This document shows positions 1 to 10,900 of a stretch of DNA of 64,000 nt, piece after piece. This DNA is from Octopus sinensis (lineage: Eukaryota). A program made the position numbers and the translations under genes. Each line of letters opens with the position of its first letter. The stretch's first letter is position 1. The stretch is taken from positions 248,001-312,000 of the forward strand of contig NW_021833024.1 in NCBI RefSeq assembly GCF_006345805.1. The letters run 5' to 3'. Below the pieces are notes generated by a model. That model worked only from the letters and a program-made list of their open reading frames with translations, was not told the DNA's origin and did not search any database.

Positions 1-600
1 GATAGAAATAAAACGAGAAACAATTTCTTTCCCATTTTTATTGGTCCATCTGAATGGGGATTGTTCGTAGAAGACTGGTTTGGAGGATGTGAAGTGATAT
101 CTTGGTCTGACAAGGCTAGGAGTGGTCCCTGTCTTATCTGGCCAGTCAAGGGAGAGGAAAATGTCCACGTCGACTGAGGGGATGTCGACTGGGGACATTC
201 CTTGGTAGGCCACCACCAATCCGTTGGGTAGTTCGAGTAACTCAGAGTCACCTGGGTTTGTGATTTGTGTATTTATACTGATAAATTTAATTTTGGGGTA
301 ATTGTTGTGGTCAGTCGGTGTCTGGGGAGTGAAAATATATGTTGGGATGTTGACTGGATTATATAAATGGGAGTGATACTTTGGGAAGGATCAAATCCAC
401 TCCAATTGTATTCTGTGGCAAAAAAGTCGCCCACGCAGAAAAGTAGCTATGATAAATTAGGCAAATAAAACGTCAAAATTGCCTGCCTTTTTTTGAATTG
501 TTTCAATTCGGCTAAAAAGTCGTTCAAATAAACCGTCGACGTTTCCAGATATTAGACTGATTGGTAAGAGATTTTAAAACTACATTCGCAACGTCGACAT
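1..600 (-). CDS. CWF19L1: CWF19-like protein 1 (Drn1 homolog), 5' part; runs off window start
   Basis: Spliced translation (introns 557-583, 27 nt; 447-471, 25 nt): [43 protein letters not shown]...LPNGLVVAYQG...VDIFLSLDWP...VRPRYHF...FYEQSPF...SRFISI. This matches the motifs of the CWF19L1 N-terminal pseudo-phosphoesterase domain. Confidence 0.88.
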
Positions 601-897
601 GTTTAAACAATAAAATGTGCATCATTTACTATAGTTTAAATATTGTAAATAAAAGTCCATATTTATAGAAAAATTAGAATTGTATGTTTAAAAAAATTAA
701 AATTGATGTAAAAATATGCAGTTTATCAGAGTACTACCGATTGCTTAACCAGAGATGAGATTTTGACTTTATTTTATCAGAAGGTTAAAAACCTGGAAAA
801 TTTCCGCGACCTTGTAGTTAGTTGACCGTCCTTGTTAAACGGAAACCTTGAGATTAATTATTCCATTATTTAACAAGGTAAAATAATGTAAGTGTCT

Positions 898-1315
898 TTT
901 TTTTTTCTTTTTTTTTTTTTTCAATCAAAAAATCTATAAATTGACAAATAGTTATTAACTAACTAAATTCCGGCATCGTAAATGGAAACACAGTTTCCAC
1001 GTACTATGGCCAAGGAAATCCTTTCGAAAAGCCACTTGGACTCGCGTGGGTCTCCCCGTTTATGGAGATCATGCGGCCAAGCTTTTTTAGAAAGGAAAGA
1101 GACTTTTCGCCGATGACGCCGGAAGTCTCGACGGCGATGGGAGTGAACAGATACCGTTCAGAGAGCTCCTTGTACTTTCCAATCTTCATCTTCTCGGTTT
1201 TGGCGAGAGACTGAGCCAGGCTCGACAGCTGAAGAAGGAAGGTTGAGCTCCGAGAAAGTGTCTGAACACGTCGCATCCCATAACAGAGACTTGCCGAACT
1301 CAAACGGGAAAGTCG
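898..1315 (-). mobile_element. 5'-truncated CRE-like non-LTR retrotransposon (RLE C-terminus, poly-A tail)
   Basis: FPFEFGKSLLWDATCSDT and KYKELSERYLFTPIAVETSGVIG motifs. Poly-T on the + strand at 898-920. 12-bp TSD ATGTAAGTGTCT at 886-897 and 1316-1327. Confidence 0.85.
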
Positions 1316-1574
1316 ATGTAAGTGTCTGTCATAAAGGAATATATAACCCTTATTTTTGATTGTTTCTTTTTTTGTGGTTTCTTTGTAGTCGAAAGTTAAG
1401 TTTTTGAAAAAATTTTTCGACAGGCTTATTTAAATTAGGGCATGTTTATTCGCTTTTTCTCAAATAGATGTTCATGTCTAAACAATATTTTGATTATTTA
1501 TTAATTTGAATCAATAGATTATGTAATAATTATGTAATAAATGAAGTGTTGATATCAAATAAAGTATATCAAAT

Positions 1575-4500
1575 AAATTCAGAGAAGAGATTGATTTGAG
1601 AAATCAATTGAGGAAGCCCGCTGCCTGTATGGAAAGCGAGTTCCCTCGGAGTATGGCTATTCCGATCCTTTGTCTTAGCCATACTCCTTCACGAGGATCA
1701 TTTTTCTTTGTGGCGAGCATTCTTCCGAGTTCGCGCAAGAACTCGGCAGTCGCTGGGCCAACAGCTCCTGATGACTCAGCCGCAACAGGGGTGAATCTGT
1801 AGCGGTCCCCGAGGAAGGAATATTTTTTGGTTTTAAGGTTTTCCGCGATTGAGGCAGCTGCTCCAGGTGTCTGAACCGATTTAAGGAGATTCGTGCTTGA
1901 GTAAGTATCGACGCAAGTTGCGTCCCAGACCAAAGATCGTCCGGAGTTGAAAGGGAAAAGAGTCATCCCGTCAGGTCTCTTTCCATCACCTCGATCGAGA
2001 CCCACTGGTTCAAGCTGTGCTGGGAAGCCTGCAGCCTTCAGAGCTCTGACGATCACGTCGTTCAGAGCGGCGTGACGTGGTCCTCTTCCGGCGGATCTCC
2101 TGCAGGATAGCGGGTGCAATCCCTTCGCATCGACCGTTTTCCCGCAGCGGCATCGGTGCTCCTGGCAAACGTCTAGTCCAAGTCTTTGTCCGATTCCAAT
2201 CCTCAAAGAATCGTCGTCCAAAAAAGTCCCGAGATTTGGGCAAGGGATTGCACCAAGCCATGCTCCGCTCCCTCCACTTGAGGCTGACACCAGGCAAGCA
2301 AGGCGATGTTGATTTGCTTCTTTTTTAAGCCCTTCTGAAATTTTGGAGCAGACAATGTTATCCCAGTTCCTTTGTTTCGTTGTGTCTTCGGGGATTTTGA
2401 GTCCTGACCCGTTCCAATCCCGGCAAGCTTCATCAAATGACTCATTCCAGCGAAGTCCAATAGTGTGACGAAGGACTTGCCGTGTCAAATGGTTGCAGCT
2501 TGAGAGAGACGAAAGATATGCCGGGTACGCGACCTCCAGCGCCGATCTTAGACCGACACCCCCAAATCCAGAGGGAAGCTTACATTGCTTCCAACCGAGT
2601 TCGTCGAAGCGGACGTTGATTAGTGACTCAACAGTTTGTTTGAGAGATTTGTCTATCGAAAGTAGACTGTCGTAATGTTCGTGGCAGGGTGAACTTCGCA
2701 GTAGGTATAAAAGCTTGGGTAGTCCGATGTTGTTTCTCATCAGGAAGAAGGATGTGTGAGAGTCGAGGCATGACAATCTTTTTGCGAGGCGAGACAATTC
2801 TTCATTTTTAGAAAGTAGATGGTTCCTGAGTTCGTCTTCACTGAGTGGACATCCAAGGAAATATAGTTTATCAACTGGCACAGTCGGGATCCCGGGAAGC
2901 AGTTCGTTGAAAAACTCCTTGATAGAGAGAAAGTCGGTGTTTGAGTATGAGACATTTATTAACTCTGATTTGTTAATATTGATGTCCAATCCCAAGTGTT
3001 TTAATGCGGGAAGTGCTTGACGTAAAGAATTGTATGTTTCCTCGAATGATCCTCCAATTGTGGCATCGTCGAGATACCAGAGATTTAGTTGTGCGTCAAT
3101 TGATCTCACAACATCATCAATTGTCAGGGCAAATAAGAGGGGTCCGAGCGGATCTCCCTGCTGGACACCAGTTTTTGATTTGATGATTTCATCATCAAAA
3201 ACCAGAGACGTATCTTCTCCGTATGACAATTTAACAAGAGGGAAAAGCATGGGAGCCCTCTTCCAACACGTTTCCATAATGGAGTCTCTTCTGAGAGAAT
3301 TGAATGCATTGGTTATGTCCAATTTGATTCCAATGCATTCGTTTGCAGTATTCTTCTGTGTGAAGAAACGCCTTGCCGCATGAACCGCTGCCTCACATCC
3401 GTTCTGGATACTAACACCCATTTGTTCTGGGAAGAACTCCGCACCGAGTGGGCGGCTCACGAGGGTCGAAGCAATCTTCGCTGCGAGTCTTCTGAAATAG
3501 TTTCCGACCGCAATGGGGCGGATTCCTCCGTTGGGTTTTTTGAACGCGAGTAGCCTTGCGGAGAAGAGCAATTCTCTGGCATACTCCGGGATGTCGCCAT
3601 TCACCATTTTCCTTATTAGGTCCGTGATCGATTTAACAAGACAGCGTCCTGCTTCCGAGGTGTAGGTGGACGTTAGGTCCTTGATATGGCCGGGGCGTAA
3701 CCCATCCAAGCCTCCGCTGCTGCTAGCGGCAAAGGAAGCGATTCCGCGCCGCACTTCTGATTCGGTAATCATAATCTCTTGGGTTCCTTCAGGATTCGAG
3801 AACTTTACATAATCACTCGGTGCACTTGGGTGCTTCTGAATTAAGGTATTCAGGACCTCGGGGGTGCTAGACAGCACGGTGTCATCGGACGTGATAACCC
3901 GTAGGGCTGCCCGCACATCGCCCTCCAGAAGTTTCCGATTCACTCGCTCCTTCAGTTTGTTGGGGGCATCTTTGGTGAATGCTCCTCTGGTTTTGACCGC
4001 ATTGGCAATAAGTGGCTGTTCAAGTATTGCGTGTATGCTATGACTGCCGTAATTCAATATTCTTCCTTTCAGTTTCCCGGTTAAGTTTAGCCGGGGGTTT
4101 GTTTCTTTACTCTGGTTATCAGATTCCGTTGTAGGTGTTCCGAGTGCAACAGGTGCGAAGCATATAAGTTTTAGCCAGGATTCCCAGCTGTCAGAGGACA
4201 GTGCGTTGTCAATGAGGTCTGAGAGGCACGTTGCTGCGGCAATACGTGCTCCTTTTGGGATTTTCCTGGCTTTCCGGAGGTTCGAGATCTTCAAGAGAAT
4301 GTGGTCAGTATGTGGTGATGTAAAGTTTGGCTGGGCTGTTGTTTCCCGCCTGGGGACCTCGTTTCCAATACAAGGGGGGCACTGCCAGCTTGACAGCGTC
4401 TCGGCGCAGGCTTTGCTCATTTTTATGCAGCCCAAATGGGCGAATGATTCACATGGCGTGCAGTTAATTCCAAATTTCCTGATATTCGACTGCCCACAAA

Positions 4501-4670
4501 AGAGACATGCCCGAGTTGTCCTCAGTGGCTTTGTTCCTCGTGCTTCGTCTTCGCTTCGTTCTTTATTTACCATCTGAGGTTTCCGTTAATCACACCACAG
4601 CACACCAGTTCAACAAGCTGAATTTATTAACTGACATTATTAATAATGAAAATATTGATTTTGAAAAAAA
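1575..4670 (-). mobile_element. Full-length, apparently intact CRE-like non-LTR retrotransposon (PHD + RT + RLE)
   Basis: Single 989-aa ORF, flanked by the 14-bp direct repeat AAAGTATATCAAAT at 1561-1574 and 4671-4684. Confidence 0.9.
1604..4573 (-). CDS. Retrotransposon polyprotein: N-terminal C4HC3 PHD finger, reverse transcriptase, CCHC knuckle, restriction-like endonuclease
   Basis: CLFC..CTPC..AHLGC..WQCPPC; IRPIAVG, GVQQGDPLGP, WYLDD; CRCGKTVDAKGLHPLSC; RPDG..WDATC..KKY. Confidence 0.93.
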   Translation of the reverse strand: MVNKERSEDEARGTKPLRTTRACLFCGQSNIRKFGINCTPCESFAHLGCIKMSKACAETLSSWQCPPCIGNEVPRRETTAQPNFTSPHTDHILLKISNLRKARKIPKGARIAAATCLSDLIDNALSSDSWESWLKLICFAPVALGTPTTESDNQSKETNPRLNLTGKLKGRILNYGSHSIHAILEQPLIANAVKTRGAFTKDAPNKLKERVNRKLLEGDVRAALRVITSDDTVLSSTPEVLNTLIQKHPSAPSDYVKFSNPEGTQEIMITESEVRRGIASFAASSSGGLDGLRPGHIKDLTSTYTSEAGRCLVKSITDLIRKMVNGDIPEYARELLFSARLLAFKKPNGGIRPIAVGNYFRRLAAKIASTLVSRPLGAEFFPEQMGVSIQNGCEAAVHAARRFFTQKNTANECIGIKLDITNAFNSLRRDSIMETCWKRAPMLFPLVKLSYGEDTSLVFDDEIIKSKTGVQQGDPLGPLLFALTIDDVVRSIDAQLNLWYLDDATIGGSFEETYNSLRQALPALKHLGLDININKSELINVSYSNTDFLSIKEFFNELLPGIPTVPVDKLYFLGCPLSEDELRNHLLSKNEELSRLAKRLSCLDSHTSFFLMRNNIGLPKLLYLLRSSPCHEHYDSLLSIDKSLKQTVESLINVRFDELGWKQCKLPSGFGGVGLRSALEVAYPAYLSSLSSCNHLTRQVLRHTIGLRWNESFDEACRDWNGSGLKIPEDTTKQRNWDNIVCSKISEGLKKEANQHRLACLVSASSGGSGAWLGAIPCPNLGTFLDDDSLRIGIGQRLGLDVCQEHRCRCGKTVDAKGLHPLSCRRSAGRGPRHAALNDVIVRALKAAGFPAQLEPVGLDRGDGKRPDGMTLFPFNSGRSLVWDATCVDTYSSTNLLKSVQTPGAAASIAENLKTKKYSFLGDRYRFTPVAAESSGAVGPATAEFLRELGRMLATKKNDPREGVWLRQRIGIAILRGNSLSIQAAGFLN

Positions 4671-4923
4671 AAAGTATATCAAATTAATAAAAAATGGAAT
4701 TCTCAACTTTCAAATTTTCTTTCCGAAAACTAATAATGACATATAATTGGAGTTGAGAGTATTCCAGTCCACTTTCTAGCTTCACTTTATTGACCTCATC
4801 ACGTCTTCTGTAAGTTGATTAAGTATTTTAATGATGCTTGAAAAGTTGCTTAGAATACAATTCCAATTATGTAAACTAATTAAACACTCAAATCGAATCA
4901 ATAAAAGAATCAGAACAAATAAA

Positions 4924-6181
4924 TCAGCATTTAATATCTTCCAGGAATTTATAGTAAAAGTCATATTTCATGCAGGCGTTGTATTTCTCGGGGGAAAGAG
5001 ACAGACTTGCGCAGTAAATCGATTGAATGCACATTTTATCGCACATTTCTGTCTTATCTTCTAAATAAGTGAAAAATCTTATGTAAGTGCATATATTTTC
5101 TTTTACAGCCTGCCTGAGAATTTCAGCACTGTTCCCCAAAACACCATAAACTGAATTTTGTGTGTGCACAACCCATCCACGTTCCTCAGTCATATAAAAT
5201 TGCTGATAGTTGACAATTTCCCCAGTATTCCGATTATACGAATAAAGACGCACACCAGGGTCCCCTGTTAGCCTCGACAGTGAGGGAGCTGCGTATATTG
5301 CCTTCGTTAAAACAAGTGGATCTGCAAAAATAGCATCGTGGTGAAGATGTCCACACAACACTCCCACAATAATGTTTTCGTATTGTCCGAGTAGATTTGT
5401 CAATCGGGTGTTGAATTTGGGGACGTTGTACATTCTTGTCACGTTGGGCTCATGTCCAGGAGGCACGTGGGACAAAATCAATACTTTTTTTCCTCTCTTT
5501 TTTAAGTTGAGCAGTTTCTGTTTAAGCCAATCGAATTGGTCCGCTGGGTCCGTGCGATAAACAGATTTGGTGTTAGGATATATCCAATGAACAGAATTAA
5601 GAACGACAATTTCCAATTCCGCAGAAATTGACTGTGAGTAATAACCACCTAACAGTCAAAACAGTTCAAAAAACCATTCAAAAATTCACGCTGTCCATGA
5701 GGAGAAATAAACTGAAACCATTCAGTTTTGGTAAGAAAATTCTGATAGAACTGTGGGTTATTGACTGGCCATTCGTTTGCAGGACAAAAGTCGTGGTTTC
5801 CGAGAACAGGCACGACGGGAGTCCCAGGAAAGTATTTCCTAATCTGATTCGAGGCCCAGTTGATTATTGGCAAAGGCCCAGAACTGTCTGGTTCACAAGC
5901 CGAATGGGAAATTGTATCACTTGATTAATTACCCTTAAATATTTTTACCCAGTCCATGCAATAAAATCGGGATTGCGCATTTGGCTGGACATGAATTTTA
6001 GTGCTGATTTAACCAGTTGGAAATGTGGACTATATTCGTCGATTTTTCCTTTAGAAGTTTGGATGTGCATGTCTGTAATCTGCCAAAATGTTCCATATTC
6101 GTTTTTCTCTAGATTAGAAATAAATTGTTTTAAGTTACTATTAAAGACTAGACAAAACAGCAGACTCAAAATTAAATGCAT
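4924..6181 (-). CDS. Acid sphingomyelinase-like phosphodiesterase (SMPDL3-like), secreted
   Basis: Signal peptide, then metallophosphoesterase motifs TDMH, TGD (across a 29-nt intron), GNHD, LSHVPPG and GHLH. GGYY is restored across a 26-nt intron. C-terminal Cys motif present. Confidence 0.87.
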
Positions 6182-6355
6182 TTGTTTTTATTGATCTGAA
6201 ATCATTTATTATATTTGGGTTATCCACAACATAAATACCGAATGTTAATATTTATTAAATTAAATAATATAATTTTTTATGCGACTATGCAAAAACTCTT
6301 ATTTTAGTAAAACAGACGTTAAAACTTTGATTATGTTTATTAGTAGAATTTTATT

Positions 6356-7015
6356 TTAAGGATTAGTGCCTTTATATCTGGCATATGCGTTTGTAAATGT
6401 AGGAGGAGACGGTAAAGAACTAAACGGATTGAATGAGAATTTCTCGAGGTCTACAAACATAAAAAAGTAATATAACCTGTCACTTGAATAGATTCGTATT
6501 CATATGTTGTTTGTCTGCAAGATGGTGGGGCGTGGTTTGGAACAGGAGGTCCCGAGCTTGGTAAATTCGGCAAAGGGGCAGAATTAACTAGATAATTAAA
6601 ACATAAAACCAGTTAATGGAGGAGGGCAAGGCAGCCTTGAATAAGTCGATGATGGTTGATCAGTTAATGGAGGAGGGCAAGGCAACCTTGAATAAGTCGA
6701 TGATGGTTGATCAGTTAATTGAGAAGGGCAAGGCAACTTTGAATAAGTCGATGATGGTTGATCAGAAGTAGGAGAGCAAGGCACCTTTGAATAAGTCGAT
6801 GATGGTCGATCAGAAGTAGGAGGACATTTTGTCAGACCGCGTCCGGGAGAATTGAGTGTTTGAGCCAATGAATCTGCGAAATTTGTCTTTGGAGGAATAG
6901 GAGGCTGTTTCCTTGTACGCGAAGGAGTTGAACTATTATTTTGGACCTTAGACTTGAGCTGTTGTCTATTTGTTGGAAGGATTGGAAGTGGTGGTTGAGG
7001 ACGGTTATTCTTCAT
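6356..7015 (-). CDS. WIP/verprolin-like proline-rich adaptor with C-terminal WASP-binding motif
   Basis: Pro-rich ORF continued through introns 6588-6609 (22 nt) and 6451-6476 (26 nt) to a last exon DLEKFSFNPFSSLPSPPTFTNAYARY. This has the same spacing as the WIP WASP-binding motif FYFHPISDLPPPEPY...Y. A degenerate WH2-like segment GRGLTKCPPTSDRPS is also present. Confidence 0.7.
6610..6826. repeat. Coding tandem repeat: 3 x 51 bp + 1 x 48 bp + partial unit (17/16-aa unit SSTYS(R/K)(L/V)PC...TDQP)
   Basis: Units at 6610-6660, 6661-6711, 6712-6762, 6763-6810 and a partial at 6811-6826; all lengths are multiples of 3. Confidence 0.95.
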
Positions 7016-7169
7016 TATTGTAAAATCAGATTATTGTATAATTTCGGCCTTGATCTAGGTTAAAGATAATCTTTCATCGGCACGTTAATCCGTTTAAATA
7101 ATAAGGGAAAACTTTGATTCTTATTTTAATCAAAAAATCGTGAGGTTTTACTGTAAGTTTTTACTGTAA

Positions 7170-7598
7170 GCCCCCTTGGCTGAAGACTAAGCTATGGATA
7201 ATGGATTTGGACGGTCGTGAGTTCGATTCCGAAGGAGGCCAGTTTTTCATCCTGGGGCTAATTCTCGTTATCGTTTCCCTGCCCGTGAGGCAACGAGTAC
7301 TTCTGGCACGACACAGTTGGAAATGGGGATCTCTTACCTTCCGGGCTTAGCGTGGCGTTACGGGGTCCACCATGTCAGTTGGAAATTCCTTCGGATATGG
7401 CAACGCTCAGGAGGCACTTAATGCCTACCGAAAAAGGACTCTTAGCTTCTCAGACCCTGGGACATCGTCGTCTCAGGCCGATCTTGCGGGAAGGATTGAA
7501 CCTTTCAGAAGGATCTCCCTCGTTTGGATCGGCGATCACGGGAATAACTATAATTAACTGGCTTTGCCCGTGTTTGGTCTTTAAATAATAATAATAAT
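7170..7598 (+). mobile_element. tRNA-headed SINE-like element
   Basis: 72-nt tRNA-like head (7170-7241) with A-box-like TGGCTGAAG, B-box GTTCGATTCC and a 6/7-paired acceptor stem, but broken anticodon and T stems. GC-rich body and (TAA)n tail at about 7583-7598. Confidence 0.55.
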
Positions 7599-7959
7599 TT
7601 CATGTTATGAATAAATGTTTTTACTATTTTTACAAATCTAATGGCATATGTTGCTTTTTAATTAATATGAGCTTTTTATTTTTGTACACAAATATCACTT
7701 TCTTAAATTTGCCTATAACATACCCCAGTAAAATTTTATAACCTACTCCAGGGACTTACCGTAGCTTTGAGTGAACACTTTCTAATATCGATGGCGTTCA
7801 TTTCCCTTTTCGTTTTTTACAGTAGAGCAGCCTCAACTTTTTTTATGGAGACCTCCAAAGTGCTTTAAAAAAATTTAAGGGACCCCCTAGTATCGATTTT
7901 ATCTTAATCAAGAATTAAATCAAATCTTATTAATACAAATTTATAATGTAATTAAACTG

Positions 7960-10900
7960 TCATTTCTTTCTTTCATGTGTTTTCATTCTTTCTTTTCATT
8001 TGTTCATTTCTTATTCTATAATCCATTTTTGTAATTGTCATCTATCTAATAATCTCTCTCTTTCCATTTCTCTCTGTCATCCATTTTTTCATTGTTTCTA
8101 TCTTGCTCTCTTTCTATGTCTTTCTGTTTCCAACCCACTTCTGTTCTATGCTCTACTTGCGAAGTTAGTAACAACCGCAAGAAAGGGAGAGTCTGTTCTA
8201 GTTGCGACAGATTCTTCCACCTTTCTTGCGTGCGTCTTTCCAGGCGCGTTTCTGCCTCTCTCTTAATTTGGGACTGTCCTTCCTGCCGCTCTTGCCAGCC
8301 GGTTCAGTGTTCCAGCCCGCAAGAACTCCCCGAAAAACCGCCATTCGCAACATCCCCGTCTGCCGAGGAAGTTCTCAAATCTATCAAGCTCTTCCGTCGT
8401 CTCCGGAAAATCCCATCCAGAATCCCAAAAGCTGCGCGTATCTTTGCAGCCTCCTCCCTGTCCGCCGCAATCGATAAGGCTTTGGCATCTGATGGCCATT
8501 CCGATTGGCTTAAGCTGTTTTGCTTCGCCTCTTTGGTCTCGGTTTTGCCCCATTAAGAGCCCGTGTGAAAACCTCCTCCATTTCGCTGGCTACAACCGTC
8601 AAACAAGAATTGGCCTTGTACGATAAGAACTCTTTTTCCATCCGCTGGCTGCGGGACCACCTCGCTAGCTCCGAATTTCCCTCTGGTTCACCATCCCATA
8701 ATGTGTCCTCTCACGCGAATGACGTCGACTACCTCAACAGAAAGATTAATAGTAAACTCTTGGACGGCGACGTTCGTGGTGCAGTTAGGCTGGTTGCCTC
8801 GACAAGTCCCCTTTTGCCCACGACCCCTGCTGTTTTGAATTCCCTCAGGGAAAAACATCCCCCTCAGCCAAACGACTTCAGGCCTCAGCCGTCCCCTGAC
8901 ACCCTCGCTCTCAATCCTTTTGCTGTCTCGGAAACTCTTGTACTGAAAGCCCTGAGGGACTTTTCACCTGGAAGCAGTGGTGGTGTAGATGGTCTGAGAC
9001 CAGGTCATCTGAAAGACCTGACGTCTCCCACTACCGCCGAAGCTGGTCGAAAACTCCTACGCTCAATTACCAACCTGTGCAACCGCTTCATCTCCGGTTC
9101 CCTCCCCGATTTTGCTCGTGATATTTTCTTTTCCGCCAACCTTACTGCCCTTGGGAAAAAGGACAACGGCGTGAGACCCATTGCCGTTGGGAATATCTTT
9201 CGGAGGCTCTCTGCCAAACTTCTGTGCCACGCAATTGTCCCCTTTTTGTCTCAAGTGTTTCTCCCCGCCCAACTCGGGGTCGGTGTCCCAAACGGCTGCG
9301 AAGCGGCCGTTCATTCTCTCCGTGAACTCATCGAATCTTCCCAGTCGGCTATCATGGTCAAACTAGACGTCTCAAACGCTTTCAACTCCATCAGACGTGA
9401 CCACCTGCTGGAGTGCTGTCGCGAACTGGTTCCGTTCGCTTATCCCCTTGTACATCTCTCATACGCTTCTCCGAGTATCCTCATGTTCGACGATGTTCCC
9501 ATCTTCGGCCACCGGGGTCCAACAGGGAGATCCCCTGGGTCCTGTCCTTTTTGCCTTGGGCGTTAACAGTATCGCTCACTCTGTTCGATCCCCAGTTAAC
9601 ATATGGTATCTGGATGACGCAACCATTTGCGGTCCCCCCGACGCTGTTTTCGACGACCTTCGTTCTATCCTCCCTTCCCTCTCGGACATCGGCCTATCTA
9701 TAAACGCCAATAAATCCGAAATCGTGAACATTGCCTTAAATCCGAGTGACTTCACTGCTTCAATTTCCACGTGCCGAGGCATTCTCTCAGACGTCCGGAT
9801 TACGGACAAATCAAATCTTACGATTCTCGGTGCCCCCATGGGGCCTTCTGCCCTCGAATGCTCACTCGCTGGAAAAATTTCCCACTTATCCAAAATGATC
9901 GACAAGCTTAAAGTCATCGAGCCTCATGTGGCTTTTTTCCTCCTCCGAAACCACTTCTCCGTCCCTAAGATCCTTTACACCCTAAGATGTGCACCCTGCT
10001 TTCAAAGAGGCGACCTTCTTTCCGACCTTGACAATATCCTCAGGCTCGGTACGAGCTCTCTTTGCAATCTGGCTTTCGACGATCCAGGCTGGACTCAGGC
10101 ATCCCTGCCTGTGCGCTGGGGTGGCCTTGGCTTGAGATCCTATTCCGATCTTGCCCTCCCGGCATTCCTATCCGCTCATCACGCTTCTCGTACTCTCTCA
10201 GACATCGTTCTTAGAAACCTCCCCGAACGGAAATTGTCTGAAGTTTACTCTGCAGCCCGTGGTCGGTGGGAGGCTCGGTTTGGTTCGAAGCTGCCCAACT
10301 CTCAATCTGTACAGCGCCAATGGGACGAAATCTCTTGTCAGGCAATCTTCGAAGGCCTGCTTCCTGTCTCCAATCAACACCGTGTCGCTTGCCTCCGTGC
10401 AGGTCGCTGTGAAAGCAGCGGTGTCTGGTTAAAGGCTCTCCCTCTCCCTTCCATCGGGAACCTGTTGGACAAGGAATGCCTAAGAATTGCAATCTCCCTC
10501 CGTGTCGGGCTGAAAATCTGCCAGTCGCACAAATGCCGTTGTGGGGGAACTGTTGACGAGTACGGTTTGCATCCCCTCGCTTGCCGGCGGAGTGCCGGTC
10601 GTGCCCCCCGTCACAGTGAACTCAACTCAGTCGTACAGAGAGCCCTCGCCTCAGCAGGCATCCCGTCTATCCTTGAACCTGTTGGATTGGATAGAGGGGA
10701 TGGCAAACGCCCTGACGGCATGTCCACCTTCCCCTACGAGCAGGGGAAATCCCTTATTTGGGATTCTACCTGCTCGGACACGTTCTCGCTGGGAAATCTC
10801 GCGCTGTCCGCCGCCAATCCTGGGCACGCTTCCAGGCAGGCCGAGGAGCGAAAGATTCTCAAGTACGGCCACCTGTCCAACTCGCTGCTCTTTACTCCAA

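Noticed and set aside
6610-6826. Direct-repeat array as a CRISPR array
   Set aside because: Units are contiguous with no unique spacers, are multiples of 3, and encode an in-frame peptide repeat in a eukaryotic gene.
7170-7241. Functional tRNA gene
   Set aside because: The anticodon arm does not pair, the T-stem is broken and the D-loop lacks GG; it is kept only as a SINE-like head.
7740-7800. Possible spliced-leader RNA (minus-strand ACGGTAAGT followed by an AATTTT stretch)
   Set aside because: No canonical Sm site, no convincing stem-loops and single copy. The 11-nt match to 46283-46293 is expected by chance.
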